From an uncultured delta proteobacterium (GTDB taxonomy: Bacteria > Desulfobacterota > Syntrophorhabdia > Syntrophorhabdales > WCHB1-27), in contig CAWIHO010000045.1 in assembly GCA_963835605.1 (NCBI GenBank), positions 12,713 through 44,712 of the forward strand: a stretch of DNA of 32,000 nucleotides, written 5' to 3'. The translations under genes and the position numbers were made by a program. Numbering within the stretch: the stretch's first letter is position 1; each line of letters starts with the position of its first letter. The notes under the pieces are model-generated. The model did not search any database. It was not told where the DNA came from and saw nothing but the letters and a program-made list of their open reading frames with translations. This document shows, one piece after another, positions 8,805 to 16,454 of this stretch.

Positions 8805-8865
8805 GCTGTAGTTCCGATTGAAAGCCTTTTTCTCTGAACGCTTTGCTCAGAGGCCGCCCCCTTTT

Positions 8866-9354
8866 CTATGGTTCCCGGCTTCGTGCGGCCGACTTTATGG
8901 CTCTTATTATCTGTACATAGCCCCCGCAGCGGCATAGATTGCCTTCGATTGCCGTTTTTATCTCATGTTCGGTCGGGTTGGATTTTTCGTCCAAAAGAGC
9001 TTTTGCCGACATAATCATACCCGGTGCGCAAAACCCACACTGGACGGCCCCTTCCTCCACGAAGGCTGCCTGGATCGGATGTAGGATCGGATGAACGTCC
9101 TGGGAAAACGTCTTGCTCAAGCCTTCCACAGTCCATACCTCTCCTTCGTCAGCTTCCATTACGGGAAGTATACATGAAACGATTGCCTTTCGATTCACGA
9201 TCACGGTACACGCACCACATTCCCCCATCCCGCAACCCTCTTTTACCCCGGTAAGTCCCAATATCTCTCTCAAAAGATAGAGGAGTGTCCAGTGAGGCTC
9301 CACTTCAACCTGTGTAGGCTCACCATTTAGAACAAAGGATATGCGCTTCCTCAT
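8866..9354 (-). CDS. xanthine dehydrogenase-family small subunit, (2Fe-2S)-binding
   Basis: 162 aa. GCGMGECGACTV and QCGFCAPGMIM motifs (CoxS/XdhC-small/HcrC type). Confidence 0.9.
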   Translation of the reverse strand: MRKRISFVLNGEPTQVEVEPHWTLLYLLREILGLTGVKEGCGMGECGACTVIVNRKAIVSCILPVMEADEGEVWTVEGLSKTFSQDVHPILHPIQAAFVEEGAVQCGFCAPGMIMSAKALLDEKSNPTEHEIKTAIEGNLCRCGGYVQIIRAIKSAARSREP

Positions 9355-9358
9355 TATG

Positions 9359-10321
9359 TTAGCTCCTTTCTTTCCCGAAAAACAGAATCCTTTCCAGACA
9401 TCTGAGCGCCAATCGTCTGGGCGAAACCTCTATCATTTTTCTTCGATACCATGCAGCCCCCCTCATGCTGTCCCTGAGCCGGGCCTCCTTTGACGCCATG
9501 AGGCCTGCCTCAATGAGATTGTGGGTAGTAAGCCTTTCCCCCTTCAAGAATTCTTCAGGACTTTTTACTCGCATCGGCGTTGGAGCGGCGACGCCTAACG
9601 CAATCCTCACTTCGCGACAATATATTTCACTTCGATCAAGGCAATCGAAAAGCTCGTCGAGGGGCGCATTTCTCGTGAATGCGTCCCTCAGTGCCGAGGC
9701 ATCTGCCACTTCCACCGCAAGCATCATAGCTACCCCGAGCATCGCAATTTCCATGGCCTGTCGACGGGCATGCTTCCAGTAGGCGCTCGCTGAATCAGAG
9801 GATAGAGACGGAATGATGAATTCAAGCAACATTTCGTTGTGCTGCAATATCGTCTTGCCGGGCCCGAGGTAAAACTCTCTTAGGGGGAGGTTTCTTTCAC
9901 CGCTCGATCCTTTTATACGAAGCTGAGTATCAAAAACAAGAAGCGGACACGCGGTATCAGCCGAAGGTAAGCCATTTGCGATATTTCCGCCCATCGTTGC
10001 CACATTCCTTATTTGCAGAGAACCAACGTGGTCGACGGCATCAGCAAGAGCCGAAAAACGTTCCCTTATCAGGCCCGACTCTCCAATCTGCCTATGTGTG
10101 GCCAACGCGCCGATCCTCACCCCGTTCTGATGAGGCTCTATGCAATCAAATCCCTTTATGCCCTTCAAGGAGATAAGAAGCTGAGGGGAGAGCTTCCTCT
10201 GCCTTATTCCCACCATTACATCGGTGCCCCCGGCAATGAGCATAGCCCGCCCCGGGTACTGCCGCAAAAGCTCCATCGCCTCCTCGATCGACGATGGTCT
10301 CAGGTAATCAAAATCCATCAT
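9359..10321 (-). CDS. xanthine dehydrogenase-family FAD-binding (medium) subunit
   Basis: 320 aa. ...AMLIAGGTDVMV... FAD-binding motif and CoxM-like layout. Lies between the large and small subunit genes. Confidence 0.85.
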   Translation of the reverse strand: MMDFDYLRPSSIEEAMELLRQYPGRAMLIAGGTDVMVGIRQRKLSPQLLISLKGIKGFDCIEPHQNGVRIGALATHRQIGESGLIRERFSALADAVDHVGSLQIRNVATMGGNIANGLPSADTACPLLVFDTQLRIKGSSGERNLPLREFYLGPGKTILQHNEMLLEFIIPSLSSDSASAYWKHARRQAMEIAMLGVAMMLAVEVADASALRDAFTRNAPLDELFDCLDRSEIYCREVRIALGVAAPTPMRVKSPEEFLKGERLTTHNLIEAGLMASKEARLRDSMRGAAWYRRKMIEVSPRRLALRCLERILFFGKERS

Positions 10322-10338
10322 CTATATCCTCCCGCGCT

Positions 10339-12663
10339 TCAGGCGGACGACCCAGTCTTTCCTTCTTCCATTTCGATCAATTTCAGAAGGATTTTCTCCT
10401 GGGTAATGGGAAGATCTTTGAAGCGGATACCCGTCGCCTGGTAAAGGGCATTTGCAATGGCCGCCATTGGGGGAACGATCATGACTTCACCGATCCCTTT
10501 GGCGCCATAAGGTCCCTTGTGATTAGTCACCTCTGTTGCAACCGCAACGATCTCGTCAGGGAGATCTTTAACGGTCGGTATCTTATAATCGACGAAATTT
10601 CGGTTGAGCAACGTTCCCTTCTCGTCATAGATCATGCGTTCGGTAAAGGTCTGCCCGAGAGACATCACGATGGACGACATATTCTGTTGTTCCACATTTA
10701 TCGGGTTTATCACCTTTCCCGCGTCCACGACTCCGACATACTTGATAATCTTTGTACTGCCAGTTTCTCTATCCACTTCTACCTCGACGCCCCCGCTGGC
10801 GCTCATCCAGTAAAAGGAGGCGACACCCTGGGCTGTTCCAGGTTCAATGGTGCCTTTGGTTTGATAAATGCCGCGGCCGGTGAGACTGCCACGATTGACT
10901 CCCGTTCCTTTAACCGCCTGGGCCAGTGGTACAAACCTGTCCGGGATCTCTTTAACGTTAATGGACCCGTCTGAGAATTCCAGATCCACTGTTCCTGCGT
11001 CAAGCATTACCGATGCTGCATCCAAAAGTTGCTTCTTCAGGTCTTCTACGGCAAGAAGGATGGCATTGCCCATGTGGAACGTGGACCGGCTGGAATAGGT
11101 CCCAGTATCGAACGGGGCCACCGTGACGTCCGGGTCGAGCACCAGTACCTTTTCAAGGGGCAGCCCTAATTCTTCTGCAATGATTTGCTTGAATACCGTA
11201 CCAATCCCCTGACCCATCTCTACGGTATTACAGATCAGGTTTGCACTTCCGTCAGCATGCATTTTTATTAACGCGCTTGAAGTGGAGGGCGTGGCAGTGC
11301 CCTTCAAGCCGATTGATAATCCCTTGCCTCGAGATTTAATCTTGTTCGTACTCTCTCTTTTTCCGCCCTGCCACTCAATGCCTTCGGCCGCTTTATCCAA
11401 CAGTTGACCAAAGCCGATATCCTCTATGATCTCTCCCGTGTAAAACGTATCCATATTTTCTAAAACATTCTTTTTTCGAAGCACCAAGGGGTCAACCCCC
11501 AGCTTTTCGGCTATAATATCCATCTGTTGTTCATATGCCCATGCGACCTGCGGAATCCCGAACCCCCGCATCGCACCCGCGGGGACCTTATTTGTATAAA
11601 CGTTGTAAGCATCAATCTTCACATGTGGGATACGATACGGACCTCCGGCAGAAAAACCGCTATTCTTACTCACGACTGGGCCGATGTCAGCATATGCCCC
11701 CTTGTCGAAGTAAATCGCTATTTCACGGGCTACCAGCGTACCATCCTTTTTAACCCCTGTCTTGATTGTTACCCTACTCCCATGTCTCGAGATCGTAAAA
11801 AAATCTTCCTCACGACTGCAGCTTACCTTGACCGGCCGACCCGCTTTCCATGCCAGCGCCACGGCGATCGGCTCCAGTTTAGGTCCTATTTTTGCTCCGA
11901 AGCCTCCTCCAACGTAAGGAACGACCATTCTGATGCTGCTCAGAGGGACGTGAAAAATTTGGGACAATTGTGCCTGGACATTCGATGGATCCTGGTTGTT
12001 TGACCAGAGCTCGATCCGTGGGCCCTCGAGGACTTTCGCCAGACTGCAGTGGGGTTCAAGCGTGGCATGTTGAACGGGCTCCGTGGTAAACGTGTCTTCA
12101 AAGATAAAATCAGACTCTTTAAATCCTTGTTCAACATCCCCATGTCTTAACTTGAAGTGGGTACAAATGTTGGTGCCTTCTATGGGATTCAAAAGTGCTT
12201 TCAAGGGCGGGAGGGGTAAAATCTTGTCGTGAACCAAGGGGGCAGTAGTCGCCAGCGCCTGGTCAATAGTAAAAACGCCGGGTAATTCCTCGTACTCAAT
12301 GCTAATGAATGAAAGGGCCTTTTCCGCGGTAAAGATGTCGATGGCTGCTACAGCCGCTACCGGGTCACCTACATACCGCACCTTATCAATAGCCACGATC
12401 GATTGGTCGGTTATCACCATTCCATAATTGCTGAACCTCCCGTCAACATCGTTCCTGGTTAACACTGCCTTCACGCCAGGGATTTTCTCTGCCTGCGCGG
12501 TATCGATTCTTTTGATTCGGGCATGGGCATAGGGGCTCCGCAAAATCTTGCCATAAAGCATATCGGGTATTTTCAGATCCACGGCAAAGAGTGCTCTTCC
12601 CGTTACTTTTTCAAGAACATCTGAACGAGTTACACGTTTCCCGATATATTTAAAAGTACCCAT
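10339..12663 (-). CDS. xanthine dehydrogenase-family molybdopterin-binding large subunit
   Basis: Motifs: MGTFKYIGKRVTRSDVLEKVTGRALFAVD N-terminus, AMRGFGIPQ, and GAKGIGEVMIVPPMAAIANA (active-site Glu loop). I place the start at ATG 12663, which has GGAGG 8 nt upstream, rather than the track start at 12720. Confidence 0.9.
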   Translation of the reverse strand: MGTFKYIGKRVTRSDVLEKVTGRALFAVDLKIPDMLYGKILRSPYAHARIKRIDTAQAEKIPGVKAVLTRNDVDGRFSNYGMVITDQSIVAIDKVRYVGDPVAAVAAIDIFTAEKALSFISIEYEELPGVFTIDQALATTAPLVHDKILPLPPLKALLNPIEGTNICTHFKLRHGDVEQGFKESDFIFEDTFTTEPVQHATLEPHCSLAKVLEGPRIELWSNNQDPSNVQAQLSQIFHVPLSSIRMVVPYVGGGFGAKIGPKLEPIAVALAWKAGRPVKVSCSREEDFFTISRHGSRVTIKTGVKKDGTLVAREIAIYFDKGAYADIGPVVSKNSGFSAGGPYRIPHVKIDAYNVYTNKVPAGAMRGFGIPQVAWAYEQQMDIIAEKLGVDPLVLRKKNVLENMDTFYTGEIIEDIGFGQLLDKAAEGIEWQGGKRESTNKIKSRGKGLSIGLKGTATPSTSSALIKMHADGSANLICNTVEMGQGIGTVFKQIIAEELGLPLEKVLVLDPDVTVAPFDTGTYSSRSTFHMGNAILLAVEDLKKQLLDAASVMLDAGTVDLEFSDGSINVKEIPDRFVPLAQAVKGTGVNRGSLTGRGIYQTKGTIEPGTAQGVASFYWMSASGGVEVEVDRETGSTKIIKYVGVVDAGKVINPINVEQQNMSSIVMSLGQTFTERMIYDEKGTLLNRNFVDYKIPTVKDLPDEIVAVATEVTNHKGPYGAKGIGEVMIVPPMAAIANALYQATGIRFKDLPITQEKILLKLIEMEEGKTGSSA

Positions 12664-12794
12664 AGACCAATTCCTCCGGACAAATTCTCGCCGCAGCCAT
12701 AAGCTGCCCTTGTTGCTCAAGAAAGTGCCAGCAAATAAATGCTATTGATTCAACGCATTGTCAAGAAGTTTTTTGCTTGACAGGGGCCCTCTAA

Positions 12795-12810
12795 CGGCCT
12801 GTTGCCCAAA
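12795..12810. repeat. IS left terminal inverted repeat
   Basis: CGGCCTGTTGCCCAAA; preceded by CTAA at 12791-12794. Confidence 0.8.
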
Positions 12811-12939
12811 TCGCTGAGATAAGTTTCTTCTGGGAAAGACGGCGAGAAAAAAATTGTTCATAATTGTATACAATTTACTTGCATTTATATGGGACGTATG
12901 CTATGCTTCGAAAACGCTCAGAGCAAGGAGATACGGCCT

Positions 12940-14439
12940 ATGATGGGTCATCAGTCCCCGCCTCAGGATCCTCTCTTTTCTGTCAATGTTCAGCTTGAAA
13001 CAAGGGTGCGCACTGACCACCCTCTCCGAAGCGTGAAGGAGCTGATTGATTTCGATTTTGTCTATAACGAGGTAGCCGCTACGTATGGGGAAAACGGCAA
13101 CGTCTCTGTTCCTCCTCCCGTCATCCTGAAGCTCATGCTCCTGCTCATCCTGTACAATGTCCGTTCTGAACGGGAACTGATGGAAACGCTTCCCGAACGG
13201 CTCGATTGGCTCTGGTTCCTGGGCTACACCCTTGATACCGAGATTCCCGATCACAGCGTTCTCTCCAAGGCGCGCACGCGCTGGGGAAAGGAAGCCTTCA
13301 AACACTTCTTTGAACGGATCGTCCTCGCGTGTGTCAAGGCCGGGTTGGTTGACGGAATGAAGATCTTCGTAGATAGCAGCTTCATCGATGCCGATGCGTC
13401 AAACGGCGCTGTTATCGATACCCACGCACTCAGCCGCTACCTCAACGAACGATACCAGGGGTTGGAGAAGCGACTGGAGGAGAAGGAAGTCGCGGAGCCT
13501 CGCACCGACCACGTGGTCAATCGACGCTATCTCTCCACCACCGATCCCGACGCATCCATCGTGCGGCAGGGAAAAGGCGGCGCAAAACTGCAGTATAAGA
13601 CCCACCGGGCCGTTGATGCAGGCTGCGAGATCATTACCGCGGTGGAGGTAACACCCGGTGCCATCAACGAAGGGCACAAGATGGCCTCTCTTATCGACGG
13701 GCACGAGGCAACGACGGACACAAAGATAGCAACAGTCGTTGCCGACAGCCAGTACGGTACCAAAGAGAATTTCCTGCTCTGCCACGATAAAGGGATAGCT
13801 GCCCACATGCCCGTGGTAAAGTACCTCAACGAAGCGTCACGGAAGGGAATATTCTCGGAGGACCAATTTGTCTACGACAGGAAGACCGATACCTTCATAT
13901 GCCCTGCCGGGCAGCCCTTGAAAGGAAGAACGCTCCATGGGCAGAACCGTGAGTACCTTGCCTCACGGAGCGCCTGTCGTTCCTGCCCGCTCAAGCCACA
14001 GTGTACCAGGGCCAGGGTAAGAACCTTACAGCGCCATAGCCGCCAGGAAGCGCTTGACCATATGTTCCTTGAGGCACGAACCCCACAGGCGAAACGCGAC
14101 ATCGCCACCCGCCAATACCTCATGGAACGCTCGTTTGCAAGAAGTACGCGCTATGGATTTGATCGAGCGCGGTGGCGAGGTCTCTGGAGAGTGGCCATCC
14201 AGGAATACTTAGTCTGTGCACTCCAGAACATCATGACGCTCGTGAGGTTCGTACAAAGGCCCACGAGGGGGATACGCACGCTCCCGATCCGAGCAAAGCG
14301 TGTGCTGTACGCGATGACCAGCGGCGTCCTGCGTATCCGATTAATTGTTCCTTTACGACGTGCCCCACAGCGGTGTTCTTCCGTTCGAGATGACGACGAG
14401 CACCACGTGGCTATCCTGGTTTGGGCAACAGGCCGCTAA
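12940..14439 (+). CDS. DDE transposase, IS5/IS1182 type
   Basis: Motifs:
- DHPLRSVKELIDF
- SERELMETLPERLDWLWFLGY..IPDHSVLSKARTRWG
- C-terminal CRSCPLKPQCT and MERSFARSTRYGFDRARWRGLWRV

Start chosen at ATG 12940, with AAGGAG 9 nt upstream. The track start at 12889 is possible. The TAA stop (14437-14439) lies in the CTAA flank outside the right IR. Confidence 0.85.
   Translation: MMGHQSPPQDPLFSVNVQLETRVRTDHPLRSVKELIDFDFVYNEVAATYGENGNVSVPPPVILKLMLLLILYNVRSERELMETLPERLDWLWFLGYTLDTEIPDHSVLSKARTRWGKEAFKHFFERIVLACVKAGLVDGMKIFVDSSFIDADASNGAVIDTHALSRYLNERYQGLEKRLEEKEVAEPRTDHVVNRRYLSTTDPDASIVRQGKGGAKLQYKTHRAVDAGCEIITAVEVTPGAINEGHKMASLIDGHEATTDTKIATVVADSQYGTKENFLLCHDKGIAAHMPVVKYLNEASRKGIFSEDQFVYDRKTDTFICPAGQPLKGRTLHGQNREYLASRSACRSCPLKPQCTRARVRTLQRHSRQEALDHMFLEARTPQAKRDIATRQYLMERSFARSTRYGFDRARWRGLWRVAIQEYLVCALQNIMTLVRFVQRPTRGIRTLPIRAKRVLYAMTSGVLRIRLIVPLRRAPQRCSSVRDDDEHHVAILVWATGR
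14420..14435. repeat. IS right terminal inverted repeat
   Basis: TTTGGGCAACAGGCCG; followed by CTAA at 14436-14439. Confidence 0.8.
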
Positions 14440-14529
14440 TGGGTACTAATCCTTGACCTTGGCTTCTCTTGCAGAGTGAAGATTGCCATGCGAAAGTAAG
14501 ACGATGTACCTCTCTAAACACAATTTTTC

Positions 14530-14557
14530 TTGACATGTGGTGTAACCGTGCTACGAT
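14530..14557 (+). promoter_or_regulatory. sigma70-like promoter (TTGACA-16-TACGAT)
   Basis: -35 TTGACA at 14530-14535 and -10 TACGAT at 14552-14557, directly upstream of the structured leader. Confidence 0.45.
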
Positions 14558-14564
14558 TGGATTA

Positions 14565-14665
14565 ATCTGCTAAAACCAAACCATCCGTGAGGATGGGACG
14601 GAAAGCCAGCGGGTCTCAGAGAGGCATCTTGGTAACGCAGCAGTCAGACAGCCGGGCCGCCAGAT
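14565..14665 (+). promoter_or_regulatory. candidate GEMM-I class cyclic-dinucleotide riboswitch aptamer
   Basis: - CCAUCC-GUGA-GGAUGG hairpin with a GNRA loop (14581-14596).
- Followed by GACGGAAAGCC; compare GACGCAAAGCC after the CCAUUC-GAAA-GAGUGG hairpin of the V. cholerae Vc2 aptamer as I remember it.
- Second helix CGGGUCU ... AGAC(AG)CCG.
- 3' AGCCGGGCCGCC block.
- Possible closing helix AUCUGC (14565-14570) with GC(C)AGAU (14659-14665). Confidence 0.55.
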
Positions 14666-14687
14666 AAAGGCGGCTCTTCTTTTTTTT
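14654..14687 (+). terminator. intrinsic terminator (expression platform of the leader)
   Basis: GGGCCGCC / GGCGGCTC stem with a 7-nt loop (AGATAAA), followed by TCTTCTTTTTTTT. The 5' arm overlaps the 3' conserved block and the putative closing helix of the aptamer. Confidence 0.7.
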
Positions 14688-14715
14688 GGAGGTTGAGTCA
14701 GCAGGGAGGTCAACC

Positions 14716-15600
14716 ATGTTCAAGCCTAAAGGTCTGCTCTTCGTCGTAGCTCTTCTGTGCGTTCTTTTCGTTACCCCGTTCCACCAAGCGAGTGCCCAGG
14801 AATCGAAGGCGCCCTTGGGCCAGGTCCAGGCCCAGCCGTCCGATGAGGTCGTCTGGCAGCGGTTTCTGGCATGGATGCCGAGCGCTACGGCGGCGGGTGG
14901 CGCACTGCCCGTGATAAACGAATACCTTGCTCAACTGACCTCCGCCGGCACTCCGGCCGCAGAAATCGACCGCCAGAGAAGCGTGATCTCCCGCATGATG
15001 AAGGAAAGGCCGGAGGGCCAGCGTATCCTTTACAACAAGACGTACACAAGCAGCAGCCCTCAGTTCACGACGCAGCCGAATGCGCTCCTGGTCTCGACGG
15101 TCGAAGGCCGCAAACCGGGGCGTGCCCTGGACGTCGGCATGGGCCAGGGCCGGAACGCGCTGTTTCTTGCCATGAAAGGCTGGGACGTCACCGGGTTCGA
15201 CATTTCTGATGAGGGTATAGCGGTGGCCCGCAAGAACGCCGAACGTGCCGGGGTGAAGGTCAACGCGGTCCAACAGACCGTCGAGGCCTTCGACTATGGC
15301 ATCGACCAGTGGGACCTGATCGTCTTCGTGTACGAGCCATTTCCGGTGACCTCGGCGGCGTATGTCGAGCGCCTGCGCAAGTCGCTAAAGACAGGCGGGC
15401 TTTTCGTGTTTGAAACCCATGCTGCGGAGCCCGGCAAGCCCCGTCCCACAATTGCCGTCGATGACCCTCTTCAGGTATTGGCCGCCTTCAAGGATTTTCG
15501 GCTCCTTTACTTCCAGGATACCGTCACAAGGCCCGACTGGCCGGCACGAGAGGGTGAGGAGAGCCGTATCGTCCGTATGGTCGTCGAGAAGCGGCCGTAA
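14716..15600 (+). CDS. class I SAM-dependent methyltransferase (TehB-like domain) with N-terminal signal peptide
   Basis: Start at ATG 14716 (GGGAGG at 14704-14709) rather than the TTG at 14686 inside the terminator T-run. Signal-like N-terminus MFKPKGLLFVVALLCVLFVTPFHQASAQ. SAM motif ALDVGMGQGRNALFLAMKGWDVTGFDIS. Confidence 0.8.
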   Translation: MFKPKGLLFVVALLCVLFVTPFHQASAQESKAPLGQVQAQPSDEVVWQRFLAWMPSATAAGGALPVINEYLAQLTSAGTPAAEIDRQRSVISRMMKERPEGQRILYNKTYTSSSPQFTTQPNALLVSTVEGRKPGRALDVGMGQGRNALFLAMKGWDVTGFDISDEGIAVARKNAERAGVKVNAVQQTVEAFDYGIDQWDLIVFVYEPFPVTSAAYVERLRKSLKTGGLFVFETHAAEPGKPRPTIAVDDPLQVLAAFKDFRLLYFQDTVTRPDWPAREGEESRIVRMVVEKRP

Positions 15601-15713
15601 TTCGCGATTACCTAGTGAAAGCTGGTACCAGAGCAAGACATAGTAAGGTAACGCTTGCAGGAAGATCTCTTGCTTGAAGGTCTATGGAGAACATCTCAGC
15701 TGATTTGATACTT

Positions 15714-16379
15714 TCACCGTACCTTTACCGCTTTAACATAATCCACAGGTGGATTGGCTACCCTGGATGTATCCTTCATCCTTTCAACTAGGACGACCTT
15801 GAAGCCTGTACTCTCCAACTTGTCACGGAGCACAGGCTGACTGAGCAACTTCGGTATAGGCATTATTGTGTGACTTATCCTGAAGCCAGAGTAATAAGCC
15901 CGAATCACGAAAATCAGAAAATACGCCAGGTTCAATCCGGTGGTCAAATTCGCGATGATCAGGGTACCCCCTGGCTTCAGGATTCGCTTCATCTCAGACA
16001 GGGTTTTATCAGGATTCTCCACGTGATGAAGGACCAAGCTCATAATGGCAGTATCGAACTCCCTATCCAGAAAGGTGGTGCTCTGACAGTCGGCCACCTG
16101 AAACTGAACATTCGTGAAGCCCGTTACGTTCTCCTTCGCCAGCCGTACCATGTCGTCAGATAAATCCGTCGCAATCAGACTATCCGCTTTCCCTGCAAGG
16201 ACCTTTGTCATAAAGCCTGTTCCACAGCCGAACTCTGCTACCTTACCCAGACGCCCTTCCGCACTAAGCTTTTCTCTTATCAGCGAGAGCGTGTTCTTCC
16301 CCAACATCGCATCTGCCAGAGCCTCATATTGTGGCGATACCTGCGACCAATATGCATATCCCCCTTGTGTAACAGTCAT
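15714..16379 (-). CDS. class I SAM-dependent methyltransferase
   Basis: 221 aa. Motif I VAEFGCGTGFMTKVLA and post-I acidic residue (ATDLS); ILKPGGTLII. Confidence 0.8.
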   Translation of the reverse strand: MTVTQGGYAYWSQVSPQYEALADAMLGKNTLSLIREKLSAEGRLGKVAEFGCGTGFMTKVLAGKADSLIATDLSDDMVRLAKENVTGFTNVQFQVADCQSTTFLDREFDTAIMSLVLHHVENPDKTLSEMKRILKPGGTLIIANLTTGLNLAYFLIFVIRAYYSGFRISHTIMPIPKLLSQPVLRDKLESTGFKVVLVERMKDTSRVANPPVDYVKAVKVR

Positions 16380-16454
16380 ATTCTATCCACCCCCCACTGA
16401 TTTGATGGGCGCCTCGCGCCGGTTTCACGCACGGTTCCGGAGCTGCATCCATTT

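Larger units (their letters stand above)
12795..14435 (+). mobile_element. IS5/IS1182-superfamily insertion sequence (1641 bp) with 16-bp perfect terminal inverted repeats and CTAA flanks
   Basis: Left IR CGGCCTGTTGCCCAAA (12795-12810) is the exact reverse complement of 14420-14435. CTAA lies immediately outside both ends (12791-12794 and 14436-14439). A single transposase gene lies inside. Confidence 0.8.

Noticed and set aside
8832-8852. Hairpin CTCTGA-N9-TCAGAG between the convergent operons, as a bidirectional terminator
   Set aside because: The T-run precedes rather than follows the stem on the plus strand, and an A-run follows it on the minus strand. It does not fit an intrinsic terminator in either direction.
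9359-10321. Calling the XDH-family operon 4-hydroxybenzoyl-CoA reductase (HcrABC) because the FAD subunit is ~320 aa
   Set aside because: The FAD subunit lacks the clustered four-Cys insertion that binds the extra 4Fe-4S cluster in HcrB. The gene order also differs from the Thauera hcrCAB arrangement. The generic family call is kept.
16324-16454. C-terminal 76 aa of track ORF 16324-17280, overlapping the next methyltransferase gene
   Set aside because: It is out-of-frame read-through after the (CG)4 frameshift. The +1 frame gives a plausible native ending with a stop at 16457-16455.
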